Below are positions 1 to 12,046 of a DNA stretch of 64,000 bases, in pieces. The stretch is from an uncultured Actinomycetes bacterium (GTDB taxonomy: Bacteria > Actinomycetota > Thermoleophilia > RBG-16-64-13). The notes under the pieces are model-generated. The model was not told where the DNA came from. It ran no database searches and saw only the letters and a list, made by a program, of their open reading frames with translations. Made by a program: the position numbers and the translations under genes. Location: NCBI GenBank assembly GCA_963706025.1, contig CAVPLM010000020.1, forward strand, positions 1 to 64,000, given 5' to 3'. Positions within the stretch are counted from its first letter, which is position 1. The number at the start of each line of letters is the position of its first letter.

Positions 1-627
1 GCGCCTGGAATGGGAAGAATATTCCCACTTCGCCATGATTACACGGTTACAAGCCGGAGCGTCGGGCCTGCCATTCTTGCCCATGAATCCCACTGCGGCT
101 GACGACCTGGAAAAGGCCAATCCACTCTACCGTACGGTCACCGATCCGTATTCAGGCGGAGAGATCGTCGTTGTGCCGGCGCTCAAACCGGACGTAGCCA
201 TTGTACACGTGCAGCGCGCCGACGCACACGGCAATGCCCAAATTTGGGGCATCATCGGTGAGCAAAAAGAAGCCGCTTTCGCTGCCGAAGGGTGATCCTG
301 ACCGCCGAGGAAATCGTGGATGAAAGTGTCATCCGTTCCGATCCTAACCGGACCATGATACCCGGCTTCATCGTCGATGCAGTATGCCATGTGCCCTACT
401 GCAGCCACCCGTCGTACACCCAGGGCTATTACGACCGCGACAACGCCCTGTACCTGGACTGGGACAAGATCAGCGCTGACCCCCAGGCGGTAAAGCAGTG
501 GCTGGATGAATGGGTATATGGTGTGAAGGATCGCGCCGAGTATTGGGAAAAGCTCGGCGCACAGGTTCACGAGCGGCTAAAAATTGCCAGTCGCCCCAGC
601 CAGCCGGTCGATTACGGCCAATATTAG
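1..627 (+). CDS. CoA-transferase subunit A (glutaconate CoA-transferase GctA-like), 5'-partial, frameshifted near 20-30 and 292
   Basis: ORFs 35..295 (RLQAGASGLPF, DVAIVHVQRADAHGNAQIWG) and 292..627 (ILTAEEIV, IPGFIVDAV, HPSYTQGYYDRD) are consecutive pieces of one family-I CoA-transferase alpha subunit. Confidence 0.8.
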
Positions 628-699
628 GAATAGGGGGCGTGTACCAAGTGCTCGCATCGCCGTGAGCTCCCAAACGATCTCCCGTACCAGGACTCCGGC

Positions 700-1500
700 G
701 GCCATGGCCCGGTGATGCACTTCGCCCATGCTAACGGGTATCCGCCTTCGGCATACCGCCCTTTGCTTGAAGGGCTGGCAGCCTGTTTTCATATACTGGC
801 TATGCACATGAGGCCGTTGTGGCCATAAAATGCTCCAAAGAAATCAGCACCTGGCGTCCGCTGGCCGATGATCTGGAATGCTTTCTCGATCAACATGGGC
901 TAACTGGGATCATCGGCGTGGGTCATTCTTTTGGTGCAATAACGACATTACGCCTGGCGCTGCGCCAGCCGGATCGCTTTCACACCCTGGTGCTGATCGA
1001 TCCAGTCTTTCCCACCAAATGATCCTCGCCTGGGATGTGATCTACCGGCTGGGCCTGGGTTACCGTCTGCATCCGTTGGTCAAGGGCGCCCGGCGGCGGC
1101 GCAACAGCTTCGAAAGCCAGGAGGCGATGTTCGAAAATTATCGCCAAAAGACGGTATTCCGGTATGTCTGATACGGCTTTGCACGCATATACCGGGTCGT
1201 TGGCTTGCCCAAGCGCCAATGGCAGCGTCGAATTGTGTTACCCGGCAGAGTGGGAAGCGCGGATCTACGTTACCGGCGTGCGTGCGGATCTGGAGTTGTG
1301 GCGTGGCCTGCCGCGCTCAAAGAAGGCTTTGGTGATCCGCGGCGCCGAAACAGACACATTCCGTGAGACCACCAGCCGACTGGGAGGCGGTGCCTGCCAT
1401 CTGCTGAAGTAACACTGTCCCAAAAGCAACCCACCTGGTAGCTTTAGAATACCCACAAACGGTTACCAGAATGATATTCGATTTCTTACCCAATCCGTGA
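700..1500 (+). CDS. alpha/beta-fold hydrolase, multiply frameshifted; boundaries approximate
   Basis: HFAHANGYP at ~718-745, nucleophile elbow GVGHSFGA in ORF 819..1022, LVLIDP, and LVIRGAETDTF in ORF 1164..1412. Confidence 0.65.
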
Positions 1501-1809
1501 TCGGCAATCCTGTGTCCTGGCATCTGTTTTTTTTCCAATCGAAAAGATGGGTCTATTTTTTTTTTAAGTACCATGTGATAAATACCACAGCCAGGTCGCC
1601 GATCCCGACCAGCCTTGTCCAGGTTTACAAACCATTGCTAACCAAATCACTCCAAGGCAAACCGTTTTCCACCGCTAAAATCGATCATAATATAAGCGTA
1701 AGGAAAGCACCTAAATTCAGGGGTTGAGGTTGGAGCGCAATGATGATGATGCTGAATGCAGACCGTCATGGAGTACAATATAATGACTGCCCGATCTGCA
1801 AAAGAGGTT

Positions 1810-2627
1810 ATGCTATGAGATTATTCTTCTGCAGAATTGATGATTGTAAACGCCGCCCGGCTGCTCCGCGACGGCGACGTGGTATTCGTCGGGCGTAGGC
1901 CAGCCCAACCTGGCATGCAACCTGGCGCGCCGCACACATGCCCCGAATTTGCTGATGATTTATGAAGCCGGCGTGATCGGAGCACAACCGGCGCGTCTGC
2001 CGCTGTCAATCGGCGACCCAACCCTGGTCAGCGGCGCGACGGCCGTGTGCAGCATGTACGATATCTTCTCTCTTACTTGCAGCGTGGTAACGTAGACGTC
2101 GGTTTCATGGGCGGGGCGCAAATCGACCGTTATGGCAACATCAATGCCACGGTTATCGGCGAATACGAACACCCCAAGGTGCGCCTGCCGGGTTCCGGCG
2201 GCTCCAAAGAGATCGCCGCCTGGGCCAATCGCTGCTACATCATGACGCCCCACCAGAAGCGGCGTTTCCCCGAAAAGTGCGATTTCCGCACCTCCGCCGG
2301 TTTCCTGGGCGGGCGCGCGGAGCGCGAAGCCATGCGCCTGCGCGGCGGCGGTCCGCAGGCCGTAGTAACCGATATCGGCATCCTGGAGCCAGACGAGAAC
2401 GGCGAACTGATGCTCACCGCGCTGCACCCCGGCAAGACGGCCGAGGAGGCGGTAGCCAATACGGGCTGGCCGCTAAAAGTCTCCCCGCTTTGCGCTCAAC
2501 CGAGCCGCCGACAGACGAAGAACTGCGAATTCTGCGCGACGAGTTGGACCCGCAAGGGATTTATTCGGGTCGACCGCATGAACCGGTTTATGCAAAACAT
2601 CAAGACGAGATCGTAGAACGGCAGTAA
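1810..2627 (+). CDS. CoA-transferase subunit B (GctB-like), multiply frameshifted; 3' end uncertain
   Basis: ELMIVNAARLLRDGDVVFVG after RBS AGAGG at ~1803; IYEAGVIG; GFMGGAQIDRYGNIN and RLPGSGGS in ORF 2047..2616; LRILRDELDP in ORF 2277..2627. Confidence 0.8.
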
Positions 2628-2638
2628 AACGAGGCGCC

Positions 2639-3050
2639 ATGACCCAAGCCAGGATTACCATCGACCATAAAGGGAGCCTGCCCATCGACGAGAAAGTGCT
2701 TGCAGACTTGATCGCCTCGATTGGCGTCGATGCCATCGACGCCCAGATCGAGAACGTCTTCGATCTCTTTTTTGAAAGCGTTCCCAACTCGGATGGTGAA
2801 GGTGAGCCGGAATGTCACCCTGCGGCCCTGGGGATCAGGTGTGCTCGATCTGCACGCCTTGAAAGGAAGCTGTGAGCTTTTTGGCGCCACTCAGCTGGCC
2901 CAACACTGCAAGGCCCTGGAAAGAGCCATCGCCTCAGGCCAGATCGCGCCGAATGCCCTTGGCTCAGATCGCAGAAATTCAGGCTGAACTTGACCATGTG
3001 ATGAATTATCTCAGAGGCCAAACGCCCGGTGAGGGCCAACACGGTGATAA
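2639..3050 (+). CDS. Hpt (histidine phosphotransfer) domain protein, frameshifted
   Basis: LHALKGSCELFGATQLAQHCKALE in ORF 2721..2987 matches the Hpt HxLKGS...GA..L...C..LE motif; N- and C-terminal parts lie in other frames. Confidence 0.65.
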
Positions 3051-3102
3051 CCGGACCTTAGGTCTATGTGGAGCAGCCACCAGGTCTGATGGCAGAGGAG
3101 AA

Positions 3103-3820
3103 ATGATGGACCAGCCTACATTATCCATCCACCCGAAAAACCAGACCAAGGATCGACTGGTTTACCTGGTCACAACCGATCAGCGGTTCGGCGCGTTCAT
3201 CTCACAGCAAATCGGCCACTTTGGTTATTTCGTACAGATCATCAAAGACCTGAAGGGGCTGGAGAACGCCATTGCCAAACATATCTCCACCGCCATCCTG
3301 GTGGATATTCCGGCGCTGGAAAAGGAAATGAGCGATGTCGATTTGTTCGATGGGATCAAAGTATTTCGCCAGACTTCCATCCCGTTGATGTTCATTTCAA
3401 ACCAGGATGACCAAACCACCCGGCTGAAAGCGATCCGTGCCGGGGGCGTGGCATTTTTCTCCAAGCCAGTGGACACTGTCAGCCTGATCGATCAATTGGA
3501 TCAGCTGACATCGGCGGAATTGGCCGCTCCGTATCGTGGTACTGGTGGTGGAAGACCAGCCGCCGATCGCCAATTACTACAAAATGGTGCTCAATATGGC
3601 GGGGATGGACGCCCAAGCGACCACCAGGGCGACCAGGGTGATCCAACAAATGATCGAGTACCACCCCGACCTGATCCTGCTGGATTTGTATATGCCGGAC
3701 GTCAATGGCGCCGAGCTGGTGAAAGTGATCCGTCAAATGGAGGAGTTCGTCAGCATTCCCATCGTTTTCCTTTCCAGCGAGGACGACTTCGCCAAGCAGA
3801 TGGAAGCCATGAGCCTGGGC
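3103..3820 (+). pseudogene. response regulator with tandem receiver domains, frameshifted and truncated at the sequence junction
   Basis: RBS GAGGAG before ATG 3103; degenerate REC1 (AILVDI, FISNQDD, FFSKPVD); REC2 VLVVEDQ, PDLILLDLYMPDVNG, IPIVFLS. Homology ends abruptly after AMSLG at 3820. Confidence 0.75.
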
Positions 3821-3822
3821 TA

Positions 3823-4055
3823 CATACGGCGGCGCTCCACCATGAGGATCTCGGCCTTTTCGTCCAGCCGGCGCAGACGCGCAGCACATGACGCGCCACC
3901 GGCCACTCCACCCACGATGATGACCTTCATGATCACTTTTCATACGGGCCGCGCTCCACCATGAGGATCTCGGCCTTTTCGTCCAGCCGGCGCAGACGCG
4001 CAGCACATGACGCGCCACCGGCCACTCCACCCACGATGATGACCTTCATGATCAC
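3823..4055. repeat. tandem duplication of ~115 bp (copies 3823-3936 and 3941-4055)
   Basis: GCGCTCCACCATGAGGATCTCGGCC...GATGACCTTCATGATCAC occurs twice with a period of ~119 bp. Confidence 0.95.
3941..4049 (-). pseudogene. 5' fragment of an FAD-dependent CoA-disulfide reductase / NADH oxidase
   Basis: Strong RBS AAAGGAGGAG, then MKVIIVGGVAGGASCAARLRRLDEKAEILMVERGPY (Rossmann start of the Cdr/Nox family). The rest of the gene is missing. Confidence 0.85.
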
Positions 4056-4111
4056 TCCTCCTTTGATTGACTCGGTGTTCCAGGCGATCCCATTCGCCGG
4101 CCTTTTACGTT

Positions 4112-4756
4112 CTATTCTTCGATTTGGCGCACGAGCGCTCGGGCCGGTGCGCCGTCGCCCCCGGCGATCTTGAGAGGCAGACAGACCAGCTCTACTCGAC
4201 CCGGTAGCACGTGCTTCAGGTCCAGCCCCTCGATGATCCAGATGCCGGCATTGAGCAAAGCCTGGTGCGTCTCCTCTCCGTCCGCCTGGAAACCACCGAC
4301 GGAAAGGTAGTCGATCCCGACCAGCCGGACCCGCCGCTCGACGAGATACCGGGCGGCAGGTGCCGACAGGTAGACGAAGTCCTCCATGAAGCTGTCGGTA
4401 TCCCAGCAGCACTCAGAGTTGTAGGTCTTGAAGAGGATCCGCTCGCCTGGCTGGATGTGGTGCCCCGCCAGTTCTTCGACCTTGATGGACTCGCGGTCGC
4501 TGATGGGGATCACCCGCGCCGAACCGATGGCTGTGTCCACCGGCATGTCGTCGATGCCGATGCCGCCGCGCACGAAGTGCGCCGGCGCATCCATGTGCGT
4601 GCCCGTATGTGCGCCCATCTCCAGAAGCGACACCGTGCAGGGGTCGCCCCGCTCGATGCTCAGTGCGTGGCTGAAACGGATCGGCGGGTCGCCGGGCCAG
4701 CTCACCATTCCGGTTCGCAGTGTCACCGAAACGTCTATCCAGGGCGAATCCATCAT
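4112..4756 (-). CDS. cyclase-family metal hydrolase (kynurenine formamidase-like)
   Basis: HTGTHMDAPAHF motif, LVGIDYLSV, WIIEGLDL, LPLKIAGGDGAPAR; RBS AGGAGGAG. Confidence 0.9.
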   Translation of the reverse strand: MMDSPWIDVSVTLRTGMVSWPGDPPIRFSHALSIERGDPCTVSLLEMGAHTGTHMDAPAHFVRGGIGIDDMPVDTAIGSARVIPISDRESIKVEELAGHHIQPGERILFKTYNSECCWDTDSFMEDFVYLSAPAARYLVERRVRLVGIDYLSVGGFQADGEETHQALLNAGIWIIEGLDLKHVLPGRVELVCLPLKIAGGDGAPARALVRQIEE

Positions 4757-4791
4757 CTCCTCCTGTCAAGATTCTCGGGCCATCGCGGTAT

Positions 4792-5886
4792 TCACGCCAC
4801 CGTGACGACCGTCTTGATGCCGCCCCGCGCAAGAACCGCCTCGCGGGCTTCATCGAGAGGTAGGCGGGCCGTGATCATGGAGCGAACGGCTTCCGGGAAG
4901 CGCTGCATGAACGAGGCCAGGTCCTGCAGTCCGTCTTCGAAGGAGGCGCGACCCGCGTTGACCGTGCCGCACATGACCTGGTTGTTCAGCACCAGGTTTC
5001 GCATGATCTGCTGGGCGCTGATTTCGATCGGTTCCCCTATCGCCGGCACACCGGTGGCAAGGAAGACACCGTTGACCCCGAGCACGCTTAGGGCATCGAA
5101 GGCGACCTTCGCTATGCCGGTGGCCTCGTACATCAGGCTAATGTTGCCAATCAACCCCGCCAGCGCTGGGGGCCGGTGTTCCGCCGCGGAGATGAACCCA
5201 GCACCGATGGCGGACACGATCTGCACGTTCGGGCTGTCCGCCTGATCCATCGAGTAGACCCAGGTATTGACACCGGCATCCATCAGTTTCATCGCCCCCA
5301 ACAGTCCGATGGGGCCCGCCCCGAGGACAACTGCGTTGAGGTTACTCGGATCGTTCTTGAGGGCGCCGGGCAGTCTCTCCACCAGGACCCGCAGTTGCTC
5401 GCCGGCTTTCTCGGCCACAGTCAGTGGTTCCAGCAAGACCGCGACGTCGCGCAACTCCTTGGGCACCGTCACCATGTAGCGCTCGTCGTCGACCACGAAC
5501 TCGGTCATGTAGCCGTGCGCCCCTTTGATGCCCCGCTCGGTGAAATCGCCGGTGATACAGAAGTCCTGTCGCCCGTGGCGACAAGGGCCACACCAGTCGT
5601 CCGGGCAGGGGCGGCGCACCATCGGTACCGCCAGGTCGCCGGGCGCCAAGCCGGTGACACCGCTCCCGACTTCGATTACTTCGCCGAGCGCTTCGTGTCC
5701 GATGACGAGGTAGGGAGAATCGGCCGGCGGGGTGCCGTACTCGAACGAGGTGATCTCACGGTCGGTACCGCAGATCCCGGCTTCGAGCATCCGCAGCTTC
5801 ACTTCGGTCGGCCCCGCAAGTACCGGCTCGGGGTGGTCGATGAGTCGCACCTCGCGACTGGAAGGAAATGCCGCCAATGCCTTCAT
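4792..5886 (-). CDS. Zn-dependent (MDR) glucose 1-dehydrogenase, archaeal-type
   Basis: GICGTD, GHE, structural Zn cysteines (CPDDWCGPC...DFC), ERGIKGAHG, LLEP, GAGPIG, GTVNA. Confidence 0.85.
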   Translation of the reverse strand: MKALAAFPSSREVRLIDHPEPVLAGPTEVKLRMLEAGICGTDREITSFEYGTPPADSPYLVIGHEALGEVIEVGSGVTGLAPGDLAVPMVRRPCPDDWCGPCRHGRQDFCITGDFTERGIKGAHGYMTEFVVDDERYMVTVPKELRDVAVLLEPLTVAEKAGEQLRVLVERLPGALKNDPSNLNAVVLGAGPIGLLGAMKLMDAGVNTWVYSMDQADSPNVQIVSAIGAGFISAAEHRPPALAGLIGNISLMYEATGIAKVAFDALSVLGVNGVFLATGVPAIGEPIEISAQQIMRNLVLNNQVMCGTVNAGRASFEDGLQDLASFMQRFPEAVRSMITARLPLDEAREAVLARGGIKTVVTVA

Positions 5887-5905
5887 GAGAATCCCCCTTT
5901 TGCCT

Positions 5906-6160
5906 CTATGCCGCCTCTAGGGCCGTGACCGATAGCACGGTGGCGTTGATGCCGAACAGCGCGGCCAGGAGGCCGGCCTGCGCGGCCTGGTCGGGCACAT
6001 CCACGCGAAGCCCCGCCACCGGCTGGAGCTCGTCAAGCAAAACCTCCACTGTCATCCCTTCCATCAGGCCGCGCCACGTTTGGTCCATGGCGCCGCGGAT
6101 CCGGGATCTCGTAGAGAGCCGGAGCATCGCTCGGCGAATAGCGGGTAGGTCGATAGACAT
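5906..6160 (-). CDS. hypothetical protein
   Basis: 84-aa ORF co-directional with, and ending 20 bp above, the dehydrogenase; no motif recognised. Confidence 0.35.
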   Translation of the reverse strand: MSIDLPAIRRAMLRLSTRSRIRGAMDQTWRGLMEGMTVEVLLDELQPVAGLRVDVPDQAAQAGLLAALFGINATVLSVTALEAA

Positions 6161-6406
6161 GCGCGCTCTTCCCCGAGCGATGCCCGTCTGACAATTCTAT
6201 CCCAAGGTAGACCAGGGAGGTGCTTCCGCACAGCACCACAAGGGTGCAAGTATGGTCGCGTCCGGGTGGGTGCGGCCGCGGCGTTGGGGCCACCGGCAGG
6301 AGAAGCAATACGAGCGGCAGGGCATCCTCTCACCTGAAGATTTCGCAGCCGAAGGCGAAGCTGCTAGGATTGTAGGCAGTCAAAGTCCAAGAGAAAGGGT
6401 GGGGTT

Positions 6407-6859
6407 ATGAAGCAAGTCTTGAAGAGGTGGTTCTTCCCAGTTCTGCTGATCGGCATCCTGTTGCTCACCCTTACGGGGTGCGGCTCGCCGGTTAGTCAGT
6501 GGGGAACCGGCAGCGTTCTCTGGACCATGGCTGTGTTCTTCTTCTGGATGATCTACATCTGGATCTTCATCACGGTCTTCGCCGACATCTTTCGTCGGAA
6601 CGACATCGGCGGTGGGGCCAAAGCGGGCTGGGTCATTTTCTTGATCTTCATCCCGCTGATCGGCCTTCTGGTCTACATGATCGCCCGACCCAAGATGACC
6701 GAGCAGGACAAGCAGATGATCGAGCAGGCAGAGGCGCGGCAGAAGCGGGCGGCTGGGTACTCCGCGGCCGAGGAGATCGCCAAAGCCCAGGCGCTGAAAG
6801 ACAGCGGCGCCATCTCCGAGGAGGAGTTCCAGGAGCTGAAGCGCAAAGCCATGGTTTAG
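6407..6859 (+). CDS. membrane protein with PLDc N-terminal-like hairpin and C-terminal SHOCT domain
   Basis: Hydrophobic N-terminus; DIFRRNDIGGGAKAGW...IPLIGLLVYMIARP; EEIAKAQALKDSGAISEEEFQELKRK (SHOCT). Confidence 0.85.
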   Translation: MKQVLKRWFFPVLLIGILLLTLTGCGSPVSQWGTGSVLWTMAVFFFWMIYIWIFITVFADIFRRNDIGGGAKAGWVIFLIFIPLIGLLVYMIARPKMTEQDKQMIEQAEARQKRAAGYSAAEEIAKAQALKDSGAISEEEFQELKRKAMV

Positions 6860-7039
6860 GCGCGAGCCTGGAGCGCGAGCTGGGGGCGGCGAGCCTCGGC
6901 CACATAGTTGAGACCACGATAGGTCGGCCCATCGGGCCGGCCTATCGCCCTTTTTGGCGGAGAGCCGACGCATGGTTTCGCGGTGCATGGTCCGGGGAAG
7001 AGTGCAAGCGGACAACACTCATTGAGGAGAGCACCAGCC

Positions 7040-9799
<2,760 letters not shown>

Positions 9800-9803
<4 letters not shown>

Positions 9804-11413
9804 GCGCGTCCGGCGCCGAGCAGGTGCCCCGGCGGGGGTCCGAGCAGGCGCCGATGCCCCAGCAGGCGCCCCGGCAGGTGCCCAAGCCAAGTCACAACCC
9901 GCTTCTCTACCAGGTCAACACCCGGACGTGGCTATCGGCGCTTTCCGAGGATCTCGGCCGTACGGCCACTCTGGACGATGTGCCGGACACCAACCTCGAC
10001 GGTCTGGTCGAGGCGGGTGTCGACCTGGTCTACTTCCTGGGTGTCTGGCAGACGGGCGCCGCGGGACGGGCCGTATCGCGCAGCAACCCGGAGTGGCGCG
10101 ACGAGTTCGTCCGGGTCTTGCCCGACTTGAGCGAGGACGACATATGCGGATCGTGCTTCGCCATCACCGGCTACGAAGTCTCGGCGGCGCTCGGAGGCGA
10201 CGAGGCTCTCGGCCGCCTCCGTACTCGCCTGAACCAACGCGGCCTCAAGCTGATCCTCGACTTCGTCCCGAATCACACCGCGCCCGACCACCCCTGGGCG
10301 ACGGGGAATCCCGGGTACTACGTCCGCGGCAGCGAGGACGACCTCGCCCGCGCGCCTCAGAACTACTGCCGGGTGAGCGCCCCAGCCGCCCCCAGCGCGG
10401 CACCCGCGGGCGCCGGCGCCGGAGCCGGGCCCGGAGAGAGTGGAGCGGTGCTGGCCTATGGACGTGACCCCTACTTCGACGGCTGGCCGGATACCCTGCA
10501 GCTCGACTACGGGAACCCGGCGCTCCAGGCGGCCATGCTGGCCGAGCTCAGCCGAGTGGCGGACCGATGCGACGGGGTGCGCTGCGACATGGCCATGCTC
10601 GTCTTGCCCGAGGTGTTCGAGCGCACCTGGGGGATAACCGCGGAGCCCTTCTGGCCGGCCGCGATCGCGAAGATCAAAGAGGATCATCCCGGGTTTCTGT
10701 TCATGGCCGAGGTCTACTGGGACCTGGAGTGGGAGCTCCAGCGGCAGGGCTTCGACTTCACCTACGACAAGCGCCTCTACGACCGGCTGGTAGAGGGCGA
10801 CGTCGCGAAGATCCGCGATCACCTCCACGCCCACATGGACTTCCAGGAGCACTCCGCCCGTTTCCTCGAGAACCACGACGAACCCAGAGCAGCCTCTACC
10901 TTCGCTCCCGAGAAGCACCGCGCGGCCGCGGTCATCACCTTTCTCTGCCCGGGGCTGCGGTTCTTCCATCAGGGGCAACTGGAAGGGGCCAAGATCCGTC
11001 TGCCGGTGCACCTCTGCCGGCGTCCGGTCGAGCCCGTGGACGAGGAGTTGCGCGGCTTCTACCGCTCGCTCCTTGGATGCCTCCGCAGCCCCGCAGTGCG
11101 CGAGGGCATGTGGAACCTGCTCGATTGTTGGCCGGCGTGGGACGGGAACTGGACCCACGACTCCTTTGTAGCTCAGGGATGGCGAGGAGATAGGGGCGAT
11201 AGGTTGATAGTCGTCGTCAACTTCGCCGACCATCAGAGTCAGTGCTACGTCTCTCTGCCTTTCAGCGATCTGGCAGGTGAACGCTGGATCCTGCGCGACC
11301 TGCTGAGCGACATCACCTACAGGCGCGATGGCGGCGGACTGGTGGAGCCCGGACTCTACCTGGACATCCCGGCCTGGGGCTACCACGTGTTCGAAGTCGT
11401 CCCCTGCGCCTAG
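9800..11413 (+). CDS. GH13 alpha-amylase family protein
   Basis: LILDFVPNH, DGVRCDMAML, FMAEVYW, RFLENHDEPR (the four GH13 conserved regions); ATGA overlap with the upstream stop. Confidence 0.9.
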
Positions 11414-11533
11414 AGGGCGCCCAGAGGCGAGCCGTCCTCACGGGGGGCTGAGCGTACCGGCCTGTCCGCTTTTGCAGGGCGCCGAGCCGTGTTAGCCTCG
11501 ATGGCGATGGCTGGAAGCAAAGGAGGCACACTC

Positions 11534-12046
11534 ATGGAGCGGTTTCTTGACGAGCTTCTCGAAGCGCTGGGGAGCAACGACGGGGCGGCAAGGAAACGGG
11601 CGCGGGAGACACTCGTCCTCGTCGGCGACCCGGCCGTCGCTCCTGTGCGAGCCCTGCTCGACAGCCCGCAGAAGCGCGTTCGCTGGGAAGCCGCCAAGAC
11701 CCTGGCGGCGATGGTCGATCCCCCCTCGGTGGACGATTTCGTGCGGTCGCTGGACGATCCACAGTCGGATATCCGCTGGCTGGCCGGAGACGGCCTGATC
11801 AATCTGGGCCCGAGATCGGTAGAACCGGTGCTTGGGTCTCTGCTCGAAGGGCCCCTGTCCACAGGCCGTCGGGAGATGTCCCGGCGAGTCCTGCGGCAAC
11901 TGGCGTCCGAGAACCAGGTCCTTGCCGAGATCGTCGGACCGGTCGTGGAAGCGCTGGACGCGGCGAGCGTCGACTCCGGCGTCGTCGCTCCCAGGGCCAG
12001 CCGCGCGCTCAGCGATCTCGATAATCTCTTGAGGGAGTCGCGGTGA
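11534..12046 (+). CDS. HEAT-repeat protein
   Basis: Repeated L.S....R..A...L...G..AV units; RBS AGGAGG. Confidence 0.8.
   Translation: MERFLDELLEALGSNDGAARKRARETLVLVGDPAVAPVRALLDSPQKRVRWEAAKTLAAMVDPPSVDDFVRSLDDPQSDIRWLAGDGLINLGPRSVEPVLGSLLEGPLSTGRREMSRRVLRQLASENQVLAEIVGPVVEALDAASVDSGVVAPRASRALSDLDNLLRESR

Noticed and set aside
3823-4055. Tandem repeat as a CRISPR array or att-site duplication
   Set aside because: Two copies of protein-coding sequence, no spacers, and no cas or integrase gene.
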